Assembly (NCBI GenBank): GCA_965203555.1
Contig: CBDBCY010000004.1
Location: 2,026,007-2,090,006 of the forward strand
DNA: 64,000 bases
DNA from: Acidimicrobiia bacterium
GTDB taxonomy: Bacteria > Actinomycetota > Acidimicrobiia > Spongiisociales > ZC4RG35
Direction of reading: 5' to 3'
Shown: in pieces, positions 56,648-64,000 of the stretch
Layout: every line of letters starts with the position of its first letter
Position numbering within the stretch: position 1 is the first letter of the stretch
Program-made: the position numbers and the translations under genes
The notes under the pieces: model-generated
What the model saw: only the letters and a program-made list of their open reading frames with translations
What the model was told of the DNA's origin: nothing
The model's database searches: none

Positions 56648-57654
56648 GATCGAGCGCTCCAGTGGCTTTCGGCGCCCGGGTAATGGCAGGCCACCAAGCT
56701 GTCGGAGACAGGCGCCAATGGGGGGTCCTGTTCGACGCAGAGTTGGTCGCCTCGCCAGCACCGGGTTCTGAACCGGCAGCCGGAGGGCGGATCGAGGGGA
56801 TTGGGCAGGTCGCCGGTGAGAATTATCCGTTCCCGGGTCTGTCGACCCTGGGCGGCGGAGATGTCGGGGATCGCCGACAGGAGGGCGATCGTGTAGGGAT
56901 GCTGGGGGGAGTTGAAAACCGCGTCCCGGGGGCCTTCTTCCACGATCCGGCCGAGGTACATGACCGCCACGCGATCGGAGACCTGGCCCACCACCGACAG
57001 ATCGTGGGCGATGAACAGATACGCCAGGCCGAGTTCGGTTTGCAGGTCTTCCAGCAAGTTGAGAATCTGGGCCTGGATGGAGACGTCCAGCGCCGACACC
57101 GGTTCGTCCAGCACCAGAAGAGAGGGCTCCAGGGCCAGGGCTCGGGCGATGGCGATCCGCTGTCGCTGACCGCCGGAGAACTCGTGGGGGAACCGGCGCA
57201 GGGAGTCGGGTGGCAACTGGACCAGGGACAGCAGTTCCGGGATCTTTTTGCTGGCCACCTTTTTGGAGATGCCATGGATCCGGAAAGGCTCGTACAGGAT
57301 CTGGCGGACTCTGAACCGGGGATTGAGGGAGGCGTAGGGATCCTGGAAGACGATCTGCATCTCCTGGCGCAGGGGACGCATCTGTTGGTGATCGAAGTGG
57401 GTGATGTCCTCTCCCGCGAAACTCACAGTTCCGGCAGAGGGTTCCAGCAGTCGGATGATGGTCCTTCCCAGGGTGGACTTGCCGCACCCCGACTCACCCA
57501 CCAGCCCCAGAGTTTCACCAGGCTTGATGGACAGGGTGACGTCCTCCACCGCCACCAGGGTGGTGGCCTTCTGGGCGCCGCTGCGTCGGATGTGGTAACT
57601 GGTGGTGATGTCCCGGATGTCGAGAATCGGCTTCCGGGCGGCGGCGGTGTTCAT
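56644..57654 (-). CDS. Peptide ABC transporter ATP-binding protein (DppF/OppF-like)
   Basis: Walker A GESGCGKST, signature FSGGQRQR and the C-terminal oligopeptide-ABC extension with Cys residues; ATGA overlaps. Confidence 0.85.
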   Translation of the reverse strand: MNTAAARKPILDIRDITTSYHIRRSGAQKATTLVAVEDVTLSIKPGETLGLVGESGCGKSTLGRTIIRLLEPSAGTVSFAGEDITHFDHQQMRPLRQEMQIVFQDPYASLNPRFRVRQILYEPFRIHGISKKVASKKIPELLSLVQLPPDSLRRFPHEFSGGQRQRIAIARALALEPSLLVLDEPVSALDVSIQAQILNLLEDLQTELGLAYLFIAHDLSVVGQVSDRVAVMYLGRIVEEGPRDAVFNSPQHPYTIALLSAIPDISAAQGRQTRERIILTGDLPNPLDPPSGCRFRTRCWRGDQLCVEQDPPLAPVSDSLVACHYPGAESHWSARS

Positions 57655-58661
57655 GTTGCTCTCCCGGTGAGCCAGGATGCCGCCTCCTCGGTGAAGTGAC
57701 AGGCTGCCTGGTGTCGGGTTCCCACTTCCAGCAGCCGCGGGGAGTCGGATCGGCAGACCGAACGCTCCCCTCCGACGGCGCACCGGGGATGGAAGGGGCA
57801 TCCCGGGGGGACGTTGGCCATATCGGGAGGCTGGCCGGGAATGGAGTAGAGTTTCGTCCTCTTTTGCGTGATCGAAGGAATGGAAGCCAGCAGTCCGATC
57901 GTGTAGGGGTGCCGTGGCCGGGAGAAGATGTCGCCGATGCGCCCTTCCTCCACGATCCGACCGGCGTACATCACTATCACCCGGTCGGCAATCTGGGAGA
58001 CCAGCCCCAGGTCGTGGGTGATCAGGATGGAAGCCGCCCCCGTCTCCTGGCGGGCTGCCTTGAGGGTTTCGATCACCTGCGCCTGGATGGTCACGTCCAG
58101 GGCGGTGGTGGGCTCGTCGGCGATCAGCAGCTTGGGCCGGTTGGCCATGGCCATGGCGATCATGGCCCGCTGGCGCATACCGCCCGAGTACTCGTGGGGA
58201 AACTGGTTGTAGCGCCGTTCCGGCTGCGGGATCCCCACCATGTCCAGCAATTCGATGCCGCGCCGGCGGTGATTGGACCTGGAATCGGAAGGATTGTGGG
58301 TCCACAGAGCTTCCCGCAGTTGCTCCCCCACCTTGATAACCGGGTTCAAAGAGGTCATGGGATCCTGGAACACCATGGAGATCTCCTGTCCCCGGATCGC
58401 GCGGAGGGCTTCCGTGGACAGGGGCAACAAGTCCTGCCCCTCGAAGAGAGCCCTTCCACCGGTTATCTCCCCGGGGGGTTTGGGGATGAGTCCCAGGATG
58501 CTCAGCACCGTCACCGTCTTGCCGGATCCGGACTCGCCGACTATTCCGAGGGTCTCCCCGGTGTTGAGGGAGAAACTCACGCCATTGACGGCATTGATCA
58601 ACTGATCATGGGTGTTGAACCGGACTGAAAGGTTCTCGACGGTTAGCAACGGAACTGGCAT
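57651..58661 (-). CDS. Peptide ABC transporter ATP-binding protein (DppD/OppD-like)
   Basis: LLTVENLSVRF..., Walker A GESGSGKT, signature YSGGMRQR. Confidence 0.85.
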   Translation of the reverse strand: MPVPLLTVENLSVRFNTHDQLINAVNGVSFSLNTGETLGIVGESGSGKTVTVLSILGLIPKPPGEITGGRALFEGQDLLPLSTEALRAIRGQEISMVFQDPMTSLNPVIKVGEQLREALWTHNPSDSRSNHRRRGIELLDMVGIPQPERRYNQFPHEYSGGMRQRAMIAMAMANRPKLLIADEPTTALDVTIQAQVIETLKAARQETGAASILITHDLGLVSQIADRVIVMYAGRIVEEGRIGDIFSRPRHPYTIGLLASIPSITQKRTKLYSIPGQPPDMANVPPGCPFHPRCAVGGERSVCRSDSPRLLEVGTRHQAACHFTEEAASWLTGRAT

Positions 58662-58762
58662 CGGGATTGAAAGATACCTTGCTGGGCGAGGTTTGGGCGG
58701 TAGGAGAGGAGGGGCGGGGACGCCGAAGCGCCCCCGTTCTCCTCAGTTTGCGTTAGCGGAAC

Positions 58763-60649
58763 CTAGTTCTCTGACAGGTAGACGTCGGTGAGGTACAGGG
58801 TTCCTTGAGTGTGCGAAATGAAGCCGTGGACATTGGGACTGTGGGGTATGGGGTTCAGTCGCCCTCCGAGGACGATCTGGGGTTGTTCCTCCATGGCCCA
58901 CTCCTGCAACTGGTATATGGCTTCCTTGTACTCGATGTTGGAGGCGATGGATCGGGCACTGGCCAGCAACTCGAAGAACTCGGGCTTGTGGTCGATCCAT
59001 CCCATGGTCTCAACGAAGAGCTTGTTGTAGGGATGGTTCAGCAAGTCGTACTCGTCCGGCTTGGGCACCATTGCGCACTGGGCCAGGTCGTACAGGCCAA
59101 GCTGGTCAGGATCATTCGTATGCGTGGGGAGCGTTCTGTCAACATAGGTCGCCACATCCATGATGTTCAGCTCGATCTGGATGTTCAAGCCGGTTTTCAG
59201 TTGCTCCTGAACGGCCTCGGCCAGCCAGGTGTGCTCGATGTTAGTAGCGCAAACTATCATCTCCCCGCCGTCGAAGCCGTCGGCATACCCCGCACTCGCG
59301 AGAAGGGCCTTCGCTCCCTCGACGTCAGGAGCGTTGTATGAGGCCGCGTCCGGGTTGAAGAACTGCGCGTTGCTCTCCATGGGGTTGGAAATAACCTGCA
59401 TGTGGCCCAGCAGGGTTCGTTGCAGCGCAGGGCGATCAATCGCCATGCTGACCGCCTGGCGCACCAGGGGATTCGACCAGATGTCCCTGCGGGTGTTGAC
59501 GTGGAAGTGATACAGGCCGGTGTTCCCCGATGGAGGACTGGCGATTACCATGCCCGCTTCGCTGAGGGCTGCCAACTCGGGCAACGGACCCTGGGCCAGC
59601 ATGTGGACCTCGCCGGATCGAAGCTGAAGCGACTGGACGTTCTCATCAGGAACGGTGACGTACTCGATCCTGTCCAGGTAAGCCTCGCCCCAGTAGTCGG
59701 GGTTGCGCTCTATGACAACCTTTTGGTTTTTCTCCCAGGACACGAACCTGTACGGACCGGTGCCGGTAGGCGTCGCGTTCAAGTCGATGTCCTCGGCAGG
59801 CGATATATACACGTCGATCAGCGTGCTGTGCAATATGCGATCCGGCTCTGAGAGTCGAACCTCCACGGTGAGGTCGCCAGTCGCTACGACTTCCGCGACT
59901 CGAGTCAGCAAGGAAGCTGTCCTTCCCGCCCCGGGCTCCTGCGCGCGTTCGATTGAGCGAACAACGTCAACGGCGTCCAGATCCGAGCCGTCGTGAAAGA
60001 CCACGTCCGGACGAATATGGAATTCATGCGTCAGACCGTCTTCTGAGACATTCCAGTGAGTGGCCAGCAAAGGCCTGATCTCGTAGGTGTTCAGGTCGAA
60101 CTCAACCAGGGTTTCATACATGTTGGTGACGACGTTGCGGCCAGCTGTGGATCCGTACCGGTTGGGATGCATTTGGTTTGGATCGGCCGTTTGGGCGATG
60201 ACGAGAGTCCCACCACGGGGAATCATCTCCTCTTCCATCGCCATGGTGGCTTCTTCCAACTCCTGTTCGGCCATGGCGGCTGCCTCTTCGGCTTCGGCTA
60301 CCATCGCTTCGGCTTCGGCTGCCTTAGCTTCGGCTTCGGCTGCCTTAGCTTCGGCTTCGGCCAATGCTTCCATGGCTGCTTCGTCCCCTTCTTCGGCGGC
60401 CATCTTCGTGTCTTCCAGTTCCGCCATGGCCTCATCCAGGGCAGCTTGCGCCTCGGCAGCTTCCGCGGCCGCGGCCGCGGCTTCGGCCGAGGCGGTTTCG
60501 GCTGCCGCCTGTGCCTCGGCTGCCTGTGCTTCGGCTGCGGCGCGGGCTGCTGCTTCGGCTTCGGCTGCGGCCTCGGCTTCCGAAGTGTCCTCCCCACAGG
60601 CCGTTGCAACCAGGGCCAGAATGGCCAGCATCGCGAGTAGTTTCTTCAT
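58763..60649 (-). CDS. ABC transporter substrate-binding lipoprotein, family 5 (peptide/nickel, DppA-like), with an approximately 130-aa Ala/Glu-rich linker
   Basis: ATG 60649 (MKKLLAMLAILALVATAC) after AAAGGAG. It then has about 130 aa of AEAEAAAKAAEAEA-type low complexity before a typical family-5 binding-protein body. Confidence 0.85.
   Translation of the reverse strand: MKKLLAMLAILALVATACGEDTSEAEAAAEAEAAARAAAEAQAAEAQAAAETASAEAAAAAAEAAEAQAALDEAMAELEDTKMAAEEGDEAAMEALAEAEAKAAEAEAKAAEAEAMVAEAEEAAAMAEQELEEATMAMEEEMIPRGGTLVIAQTADPNQMHPNRYGSTAGRNVVTNMYETLVEFDLNTYEIRPLLATHWNVSEDGLTHEFHIRPDVVFHDGSDLDAVDVVRSIERAQEPGAGRTASLLTRVAEVVATGDLTVEVRLSEPDRILHSTLIDVYISPAEDIDLNATPTGTGPYRFVSWEKNQKVVIERNPDYWGEAYLDRIEYVTVPDENVQSLQLRSGEVHMLAQGPLPELAALSEAGMVIASPPSGNTGLYHFHVNTRRDIWSNPLVRQAVSMAIDRPALQRTLLGHMQVISNPMESNAQFFNPDAASYNAPDVEGAKALLASAGYADGFDGGEMIVCATNIEHTWLAEAVQEQLKTGLNIQIELNIMDVATYVDRTLPTHTNDPDQLGLYDLAQCAMVPKPDEYDLLNHPYNKLFVETMGWIDHKPEFFELLASARSIASNIEYKEAIYQLQEWAMEEQPQIVLGGRLNPIPHSPNVHGFISHTQGTLYLTDVYLSEN
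60288..60363. repeat. 21-bp tandem repeat (CTTCGGCTTCGGCTGCCTTAG x2 plus partial units) within the Ala/Glu-rich linker coding region
   Basis: Read directly from the sequence; on the coding strand it encodes (A-E-A-E-A-K-A)n. Confidence 0.85.
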
Positions 60650-60805
60650 CTTGATCGCTCCTTTGTTGTCGGACATGTCCATCAGTATCGCGACTGTAAT
60701 AGCTAGACTAGAACTCTTCAATAGTCACAACCATCTGAAAAGTAAAAGAATTCTTTGCAAAACCGTTAATAGCCCTGCCCCTTTGCCAGGTAAGACCTAT
60801 AGAAG

Positions 60806-61171
60806 ATGTTTAAGATGGGTAACGGCAAGCCTATGTCTGACTTTCTGAAGCGCCCCCGACTTCCCGCTGGCATTGACGGGTCTCGGCTTGATCTGTGGGA
60901 GGAGTTCCGGCGACGGCCCTTCGGCCAGCATTCACCTGATCTGCAGGCGCTGTTGGACTACATGCGGGGTGGTCCGATCACTGGCAAGTTTTTCCTGAAG
61001 CTGACCGGCCCTCATTCGGAGTGGACCCTGGCGCGGTTCAGCACCACCTACCCATTGACCACCGAAACTCTGCCCGAGCATGTCTTCACCACCATCGAAG
61101 ACGCCGAGTATTTTGTGTTCCGCCGCCGCTGGGAGGAGATGTTCGGCGCCGACCCGGGAGCGGAGTCGTGA
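60806..61171 (+). CDS. Small protein (121 aa), candidate small subunit of the downstream DMFase-like amidase
   Basis: GC3-rich coding bias from about 60833 onward, and the stop overlaps the downstream GTG start (GTGA), which indicates translational coupling. No homology is recognisable by eye. The start could be ATG 60806, 60815 or 60833. Confidence 0.45.
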   Translation: MFKMGNGKPMSDFLKRPRLPAGIDGSRLDLWEEFRRRPFGQHSPDLQALLDYMRGGPITGKFFLKLTGPHSEWTLARFSTTYPLTTETLPEHVFTTIEDAEYFVFRRRWEEMFGADPGAES

Positions 61172-63396
61172 GCGTCAAGGCCGCGGTCATGGGATATGCG
61201 GACCGCCAGAGCCTGCGGCCGGGAGAGCGCATCGAGTTCAAGGTGAGCGCGTTGGGCCCGGAGACCTACCGGGCGGACATCGTGCGGTTGATCGCTCCGG
61301 AAGTGGGTCTGGGCGACGACTGCCCGGACTTCTGCGAGATTGAACTCCACACCGAGGTTTGCGGTGACTATCCCACGGAGTGGCAGCCCATGCATCCCGG
61401 TTCGGCGGTGCGGGTCCCGGGGGGTCTTCCCCTGGATGAGGGAGTGACCCTCAGCGCCAACATCTTTCCCACCTTGATCGAGGCGGGTCGGCAGGCCATC
61501 CTGGGAACCTACAGTCCCACCGACGATTCGGGCCTCAGCCTGATCCTGGAGGACGGGGCTCTCGCTCTGGTGGTGGGAAGCGGGGGGTCCACGGCCATCG
61601 TGACCAGTTCGATTACCCCGGTGGAGCACCGTTGGACGGCGGTGGCCGTCACCTATGAGCCTGACGCCGGCACGGTGGAATTCCATGCCCGGGGAATGGA
61701 GACCCATCGCCTCGAATCTTCACTGTCATCCCGGGAGAGGATGGAAGGGGCGGCGCCCGGAGCATCGGGAGGAAGCCACTTCCACATAGGGGCCGCCCGA
61801 GCCGTGGATGACCGCGGCGTGGAGCACACCGCGCTCTGTTTCAACGGCCGGGTCGAAAGGCCCCGGGTCTACGCCCGGTTGCTGGACCATGAAGACATCT
61901 CCCGTCTGTCGGCGGTGACCGGTCCGGCGCCGGTTGCAGGAGCGTATGCAGACTGGGACCTCTCCATCGGTATCGACACCGATTCGGTCACCGACGTGTC
62001 GGGCAACGGCCGTCACGGAGAGACGGTAAACCTGCCCACCCGCGCGGTGGGAGGCTCCAACTGGGCGGGTGAGACCGACAACTGGCAACTACGGACCGAG
62101 CAGTACGGCGCCATCCACTTCCACGACGACGACGTCGATGACGCCCGGTGGCGGACCAGTTTCGCCCTGGTGGTACCCGAGGACTGGAAGAGCGGATGCT
62201 ATGCGGCCCGCCTTCGGGCCGACGACGCCGAGTTCTACGTGCCCTTCGTGGTGCGGCCGACTCCCGGCAAGGAGGCCGATGCGGTGTTGCTGCTGTCCAC
62301 CGCCACCTACGGCGCCTACGCCAACCTGAGGCTTCGGGTCGTCTTCCCATGGAACGAGTTGATCCACGGTCGCCTGACGGTGCTGGACGACACCGATCTG
62401 CTGATGCTCCGGTTTCCCGAGATCGGCTCCTCCACCTACGACAGCCACACCGACGGGAGCACCGTTGTCTATGCCTCGATGCGGCGCCCGGTCACCAATT
62501 TCCGCCCCAAGGGCCGCATCTACAAGTTCTGCCAGGACATGCTGCTGGTCTCCTGGCTCGAGGAGGACGGATACGACTTCGACGTGATCACCGACGAGGA
62601 CGTGCACCGCGAGGGCCTGTCTGCCCTGGAGCCCTATCGGGTGGTCATCACCAGTTCCCATCCCGAGTACTTCAGCACCCGGATGTTCGACGCCACCGAG
62701 GACCATGTCAGGCAGGGAGGACGGATGATGTACCTGGGAGGCAACGGCTGGTACTGGGTGATCGGTTATCACCCCACCCGCTCGGGAATAGTGGAGGTCC
62801 GCCGGCCCGACGCTCCCCGGCTGTGGGCGGCCGACGTCAGCCAGGGTCATCTCTCGTTCACCGGAGAGCGAGCCGGTACGTGGTCATGGGCGGGCCGTCC
62901 CCCCGAGACCTTCCTGGGAGTGTGTTTCATCACCCAGGGCTTCGACGAGTGTTCCTATTACCGACGCACCGAGGCCTCCGACGATGAGCGCGCTGCCTTC
63001 ATTTTCGAGGGCGTCGACGACGAGCTCATCGGAGACTTCGGCCTGTTGATGGGAGGAGCGGCAGGATATGAGATCGACCGGGCGGACTACCTTATGGGGA
63101 CCCCGCGGCATGCGCTGGTTTTGGCGTCGTCGGAGGGCCATTCCAACCTCTACGACTTGATGGTCACCTCACTGGTCGATACTTTGCCGCCCACCAATCC
63201 CGATGATCCCGACCGGATCCGTGCCGACATAGTGTTCTACGAGACCCCCGGTGGCGGTGCGGTGTTCTCGGTGGGCTCGATTGCCTGGTCGGGAAGCCTC
63301 AGCGCCGCACGGTACGACAACAACGTGGCGGCGGTCAGCCGTAACGTCCTCAACCGCTTCCTGGATCCCGAGCCCTTCCAGATGCCCGCCGAATGA
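61168..63396 (+). CDS. N,N-dimethylformamidase large (beta) subunit family protein
   Basis: Approximately 743 aa in a multi-domain beta-rich arrangement (RIEFKVSALGPETYRADIVRLIAPEV...), whose length and domain order fit the DmfA2-like family. The start is GTG 61168 (coupled) or ATG 61189. Confidence 0.6.
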   Translation: MSVKAAVMGYADRQSLRPGERIEFKVSALGPETYRADIVRLIAPEVGLGDDCPDFCEIELHTEVCGDYPTEWQPMHPGSAVRVPGGLPLDEGVTLSANIFPTLIEAGRQAILGTYSPTDDSGLSLILEDGALALVVGSGGSTAIVTSSITPVEHRWTAVAVTYEPDAGTVEFHARGMETHRLESSLSSRERMEGAAPGASGGSHFHIGAARAVDDRGVEHTALCFNGRVERPRVYARLLDHEDISRLSAVTGPAPVAGAYADWDLSIGIDTDSVTDVSGNGRHGETVNLPTRAVGGSNWAGETDNWQLRTEQYGAIHFHDDDVDDARWRTSFALVVPEDWKSGCYAARLRADDAEFYVPFVVRPTPGKEADAVLLLSTATYGAYANLRLRVVFPWNELIHGRLTVLDDTDLLMLRFPEIGSSTYDSHTDGSTVVYASMRRPVTNFRPKGRIYKFCQDMLLVSWLEEDGYDFDVITDEDVHREGLSALEPYRVVITSSHPEYFSTRMFDATEDHVRQGGRMMYLGGNGWYWVIGYHPTRSGIVEVRRPDAPRLWAADVSQGHLSFTGERAGTWSWAGRPPETFLGVCFITQGFDECSYYRRTEASDDERAAFIFEGVDDELIGDFGLLMGGAAGYEIDRADYLMGTPRHALVLASSEGHSNLYDLMVTSLVDTLPPTNPDDPDRIRADIVFYETPGGGAVFSVGSIAWSGSLSAARYDNNVAAVSRNVLNRFLDPEPFQMPAE

Positions 63397-63432
63397 TCTC
63401 GGGCTTCGGATCCGAAGAAGCCGCCGATGGGT

Positions 63433-64000
63433 GGGGACAGGCATGACCGCACCGGACTGGTCGCTGGGCGCCGGTCTCCGGAACCAGGCGGTGCTGGTGA
63501 CCGGAGCGGCGAGCGGCATCGGAAAGGCGACCGCCCGGACCATGGCGGCCCTGGGCGCCAGGGTGGCGGCATTGGACGTTCAGGAGACGGTGCGGGAAGT
63601 GGTGGGGGACTTGGAGGACCCCGGCCGGCACCTGCCGGTGGTCTACGATCTGGCTGACAGCGGGTCGATGCCGTCGTTGGTGGCCGACATCGAGGCGCGG
63701 CTGGGCCCGCTGTGGGCGCTGGCTCATGTGGCGGCCTACCTGCGGCGCAAGGAGTTGGGCGATGTGACCGAAGAGGACTGGGACGCTCAGCTGGATGTGA
63801 ACCTGAAGGGTTCATTCTTTCTCAACAAGGCGGTTGGAGAGGCGATGATCGCCACCGGCAGAGGGGGGCGCATCATCAACTTCACGTCCGGAGCTTGGCT
63901 GAGCGGACCGGTGCATGGCAGCCACATCTACGTGGCCAGCAAGGGGGGTGTGGTCTCCATGACCCGGGGGTTTGCCCGGGCCTACGGGCCACATGACATT
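63433..64000 (+). CDS. Short-chain dehydrogenase/reductase (SDR), 3'-partial at the window edge
   Basis: VLVTGAASGIGKATA and YVASKGG motifs. It is a paralog of the 27708 SDR (the shared N-terminus is SLGAGL...TGAASGIG.ATAR). It is absent from the ORF track because it has no in-window stop. Confidence 0.8.

Noticed and set aside
55700-57487. 595-aa minus-strand ORF
   Set aside because: Only the C-terminal 315 aa (55700-56647) are DppB-like. The rest runs out of frame through the DppF gene.
60056-60848. Long Ala-rich + strand ORFs (194 and 253 aa) and a 103-aa minus-strand ORF
   Set aside because: They are antisense or off-frame to the Ala/Glu-rich linker of the peptide binding lipoprotein, a low-complexity artifact.

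Overview
The window is 64 kb of high-GC (about 65%) chromosomal DNA with actinobacterial-style codon usage (GC3-rich, frequent GTG/TTG starts, 4-nt ATGA/GTGA gene overlaps, RBS of the AGGAGG type). It holds about 58 genes and is densely coding. Five ABC uptake systems and carbohydrate or amino-sugar catabolism dominate. I found no rRNA, tRNA, CRISPR, integrase or transposase.

Gene order: acs (3'-truncated at the window edge), lnt, an inositol-monophosphatase-family gene, an M3 peptidase and a LiaF-like membrane protein. Next is a ROK-regulated amino-sugar or peptide operon: M20 peptidase, sugar ABC transporter, an embedded alanine-racemase-fold PLP enzyme, and NagB. Three paralogous Thr-rich lipoproteins flank a MazEF-type toxin-antitoxin pair. 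An AlkD-like gene, a serine hydrolase, a second sugar ABC transporter, an amidohydrolase and an SDR follow. Then comes a neutral-ceramidase-like hydrolase coupled to 2-oxoacid dehydrogenase E1-beta and E1-alpha and a free 78-aa lipoyl domain, then a purine permease with an adenosine/adenine deaminase. Further on are a DUF1640-like/DoxX/DUF1640-like triplet; a Gfo/Idh/MocA + CUT1 ABC transporter + aldo/keto reductase sugar operon bracketed by two paralogous hypothetical proteins; a Schlafen-like ATPase regulator; a CotH-kinase/lamin-tail lipoprotein; and a TIM-barrel isomerase, AraA-family and enolase-superfamily cluster. The window ends with a CBS protein, a decayed sucD remnant, a Dpp-type peptide ABC operon, and a two-gene N,N-dimethylformamidase-like amidase followed by an SDR.

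The most unusual signals are these. (1) A perfect 1,011-bp in-frame tandem duplication with atypical codon usage sits inside a sugar-binding-protein gene, and a second binding-protein gene carries an older, diverged copy of the same kind of duplication. (2) The ceramidase–E1(beta,alpha)–free-lipoyl-domain module has no E2 or E3. (3) The sucD remnant is both N-terminally truncated and frameshifted, and it abuts a fragment of an aminotransferase C-terminus on the opposite strand. (4) One of the two DUF1640-like genes flanking DoxX is disrupted by a homopolymer frameshift. (5) There is a small-subunit + large-subunit DMFase-like pair. (6) Several genes have conserved N-termini that extend upstream of any canonical start codon.
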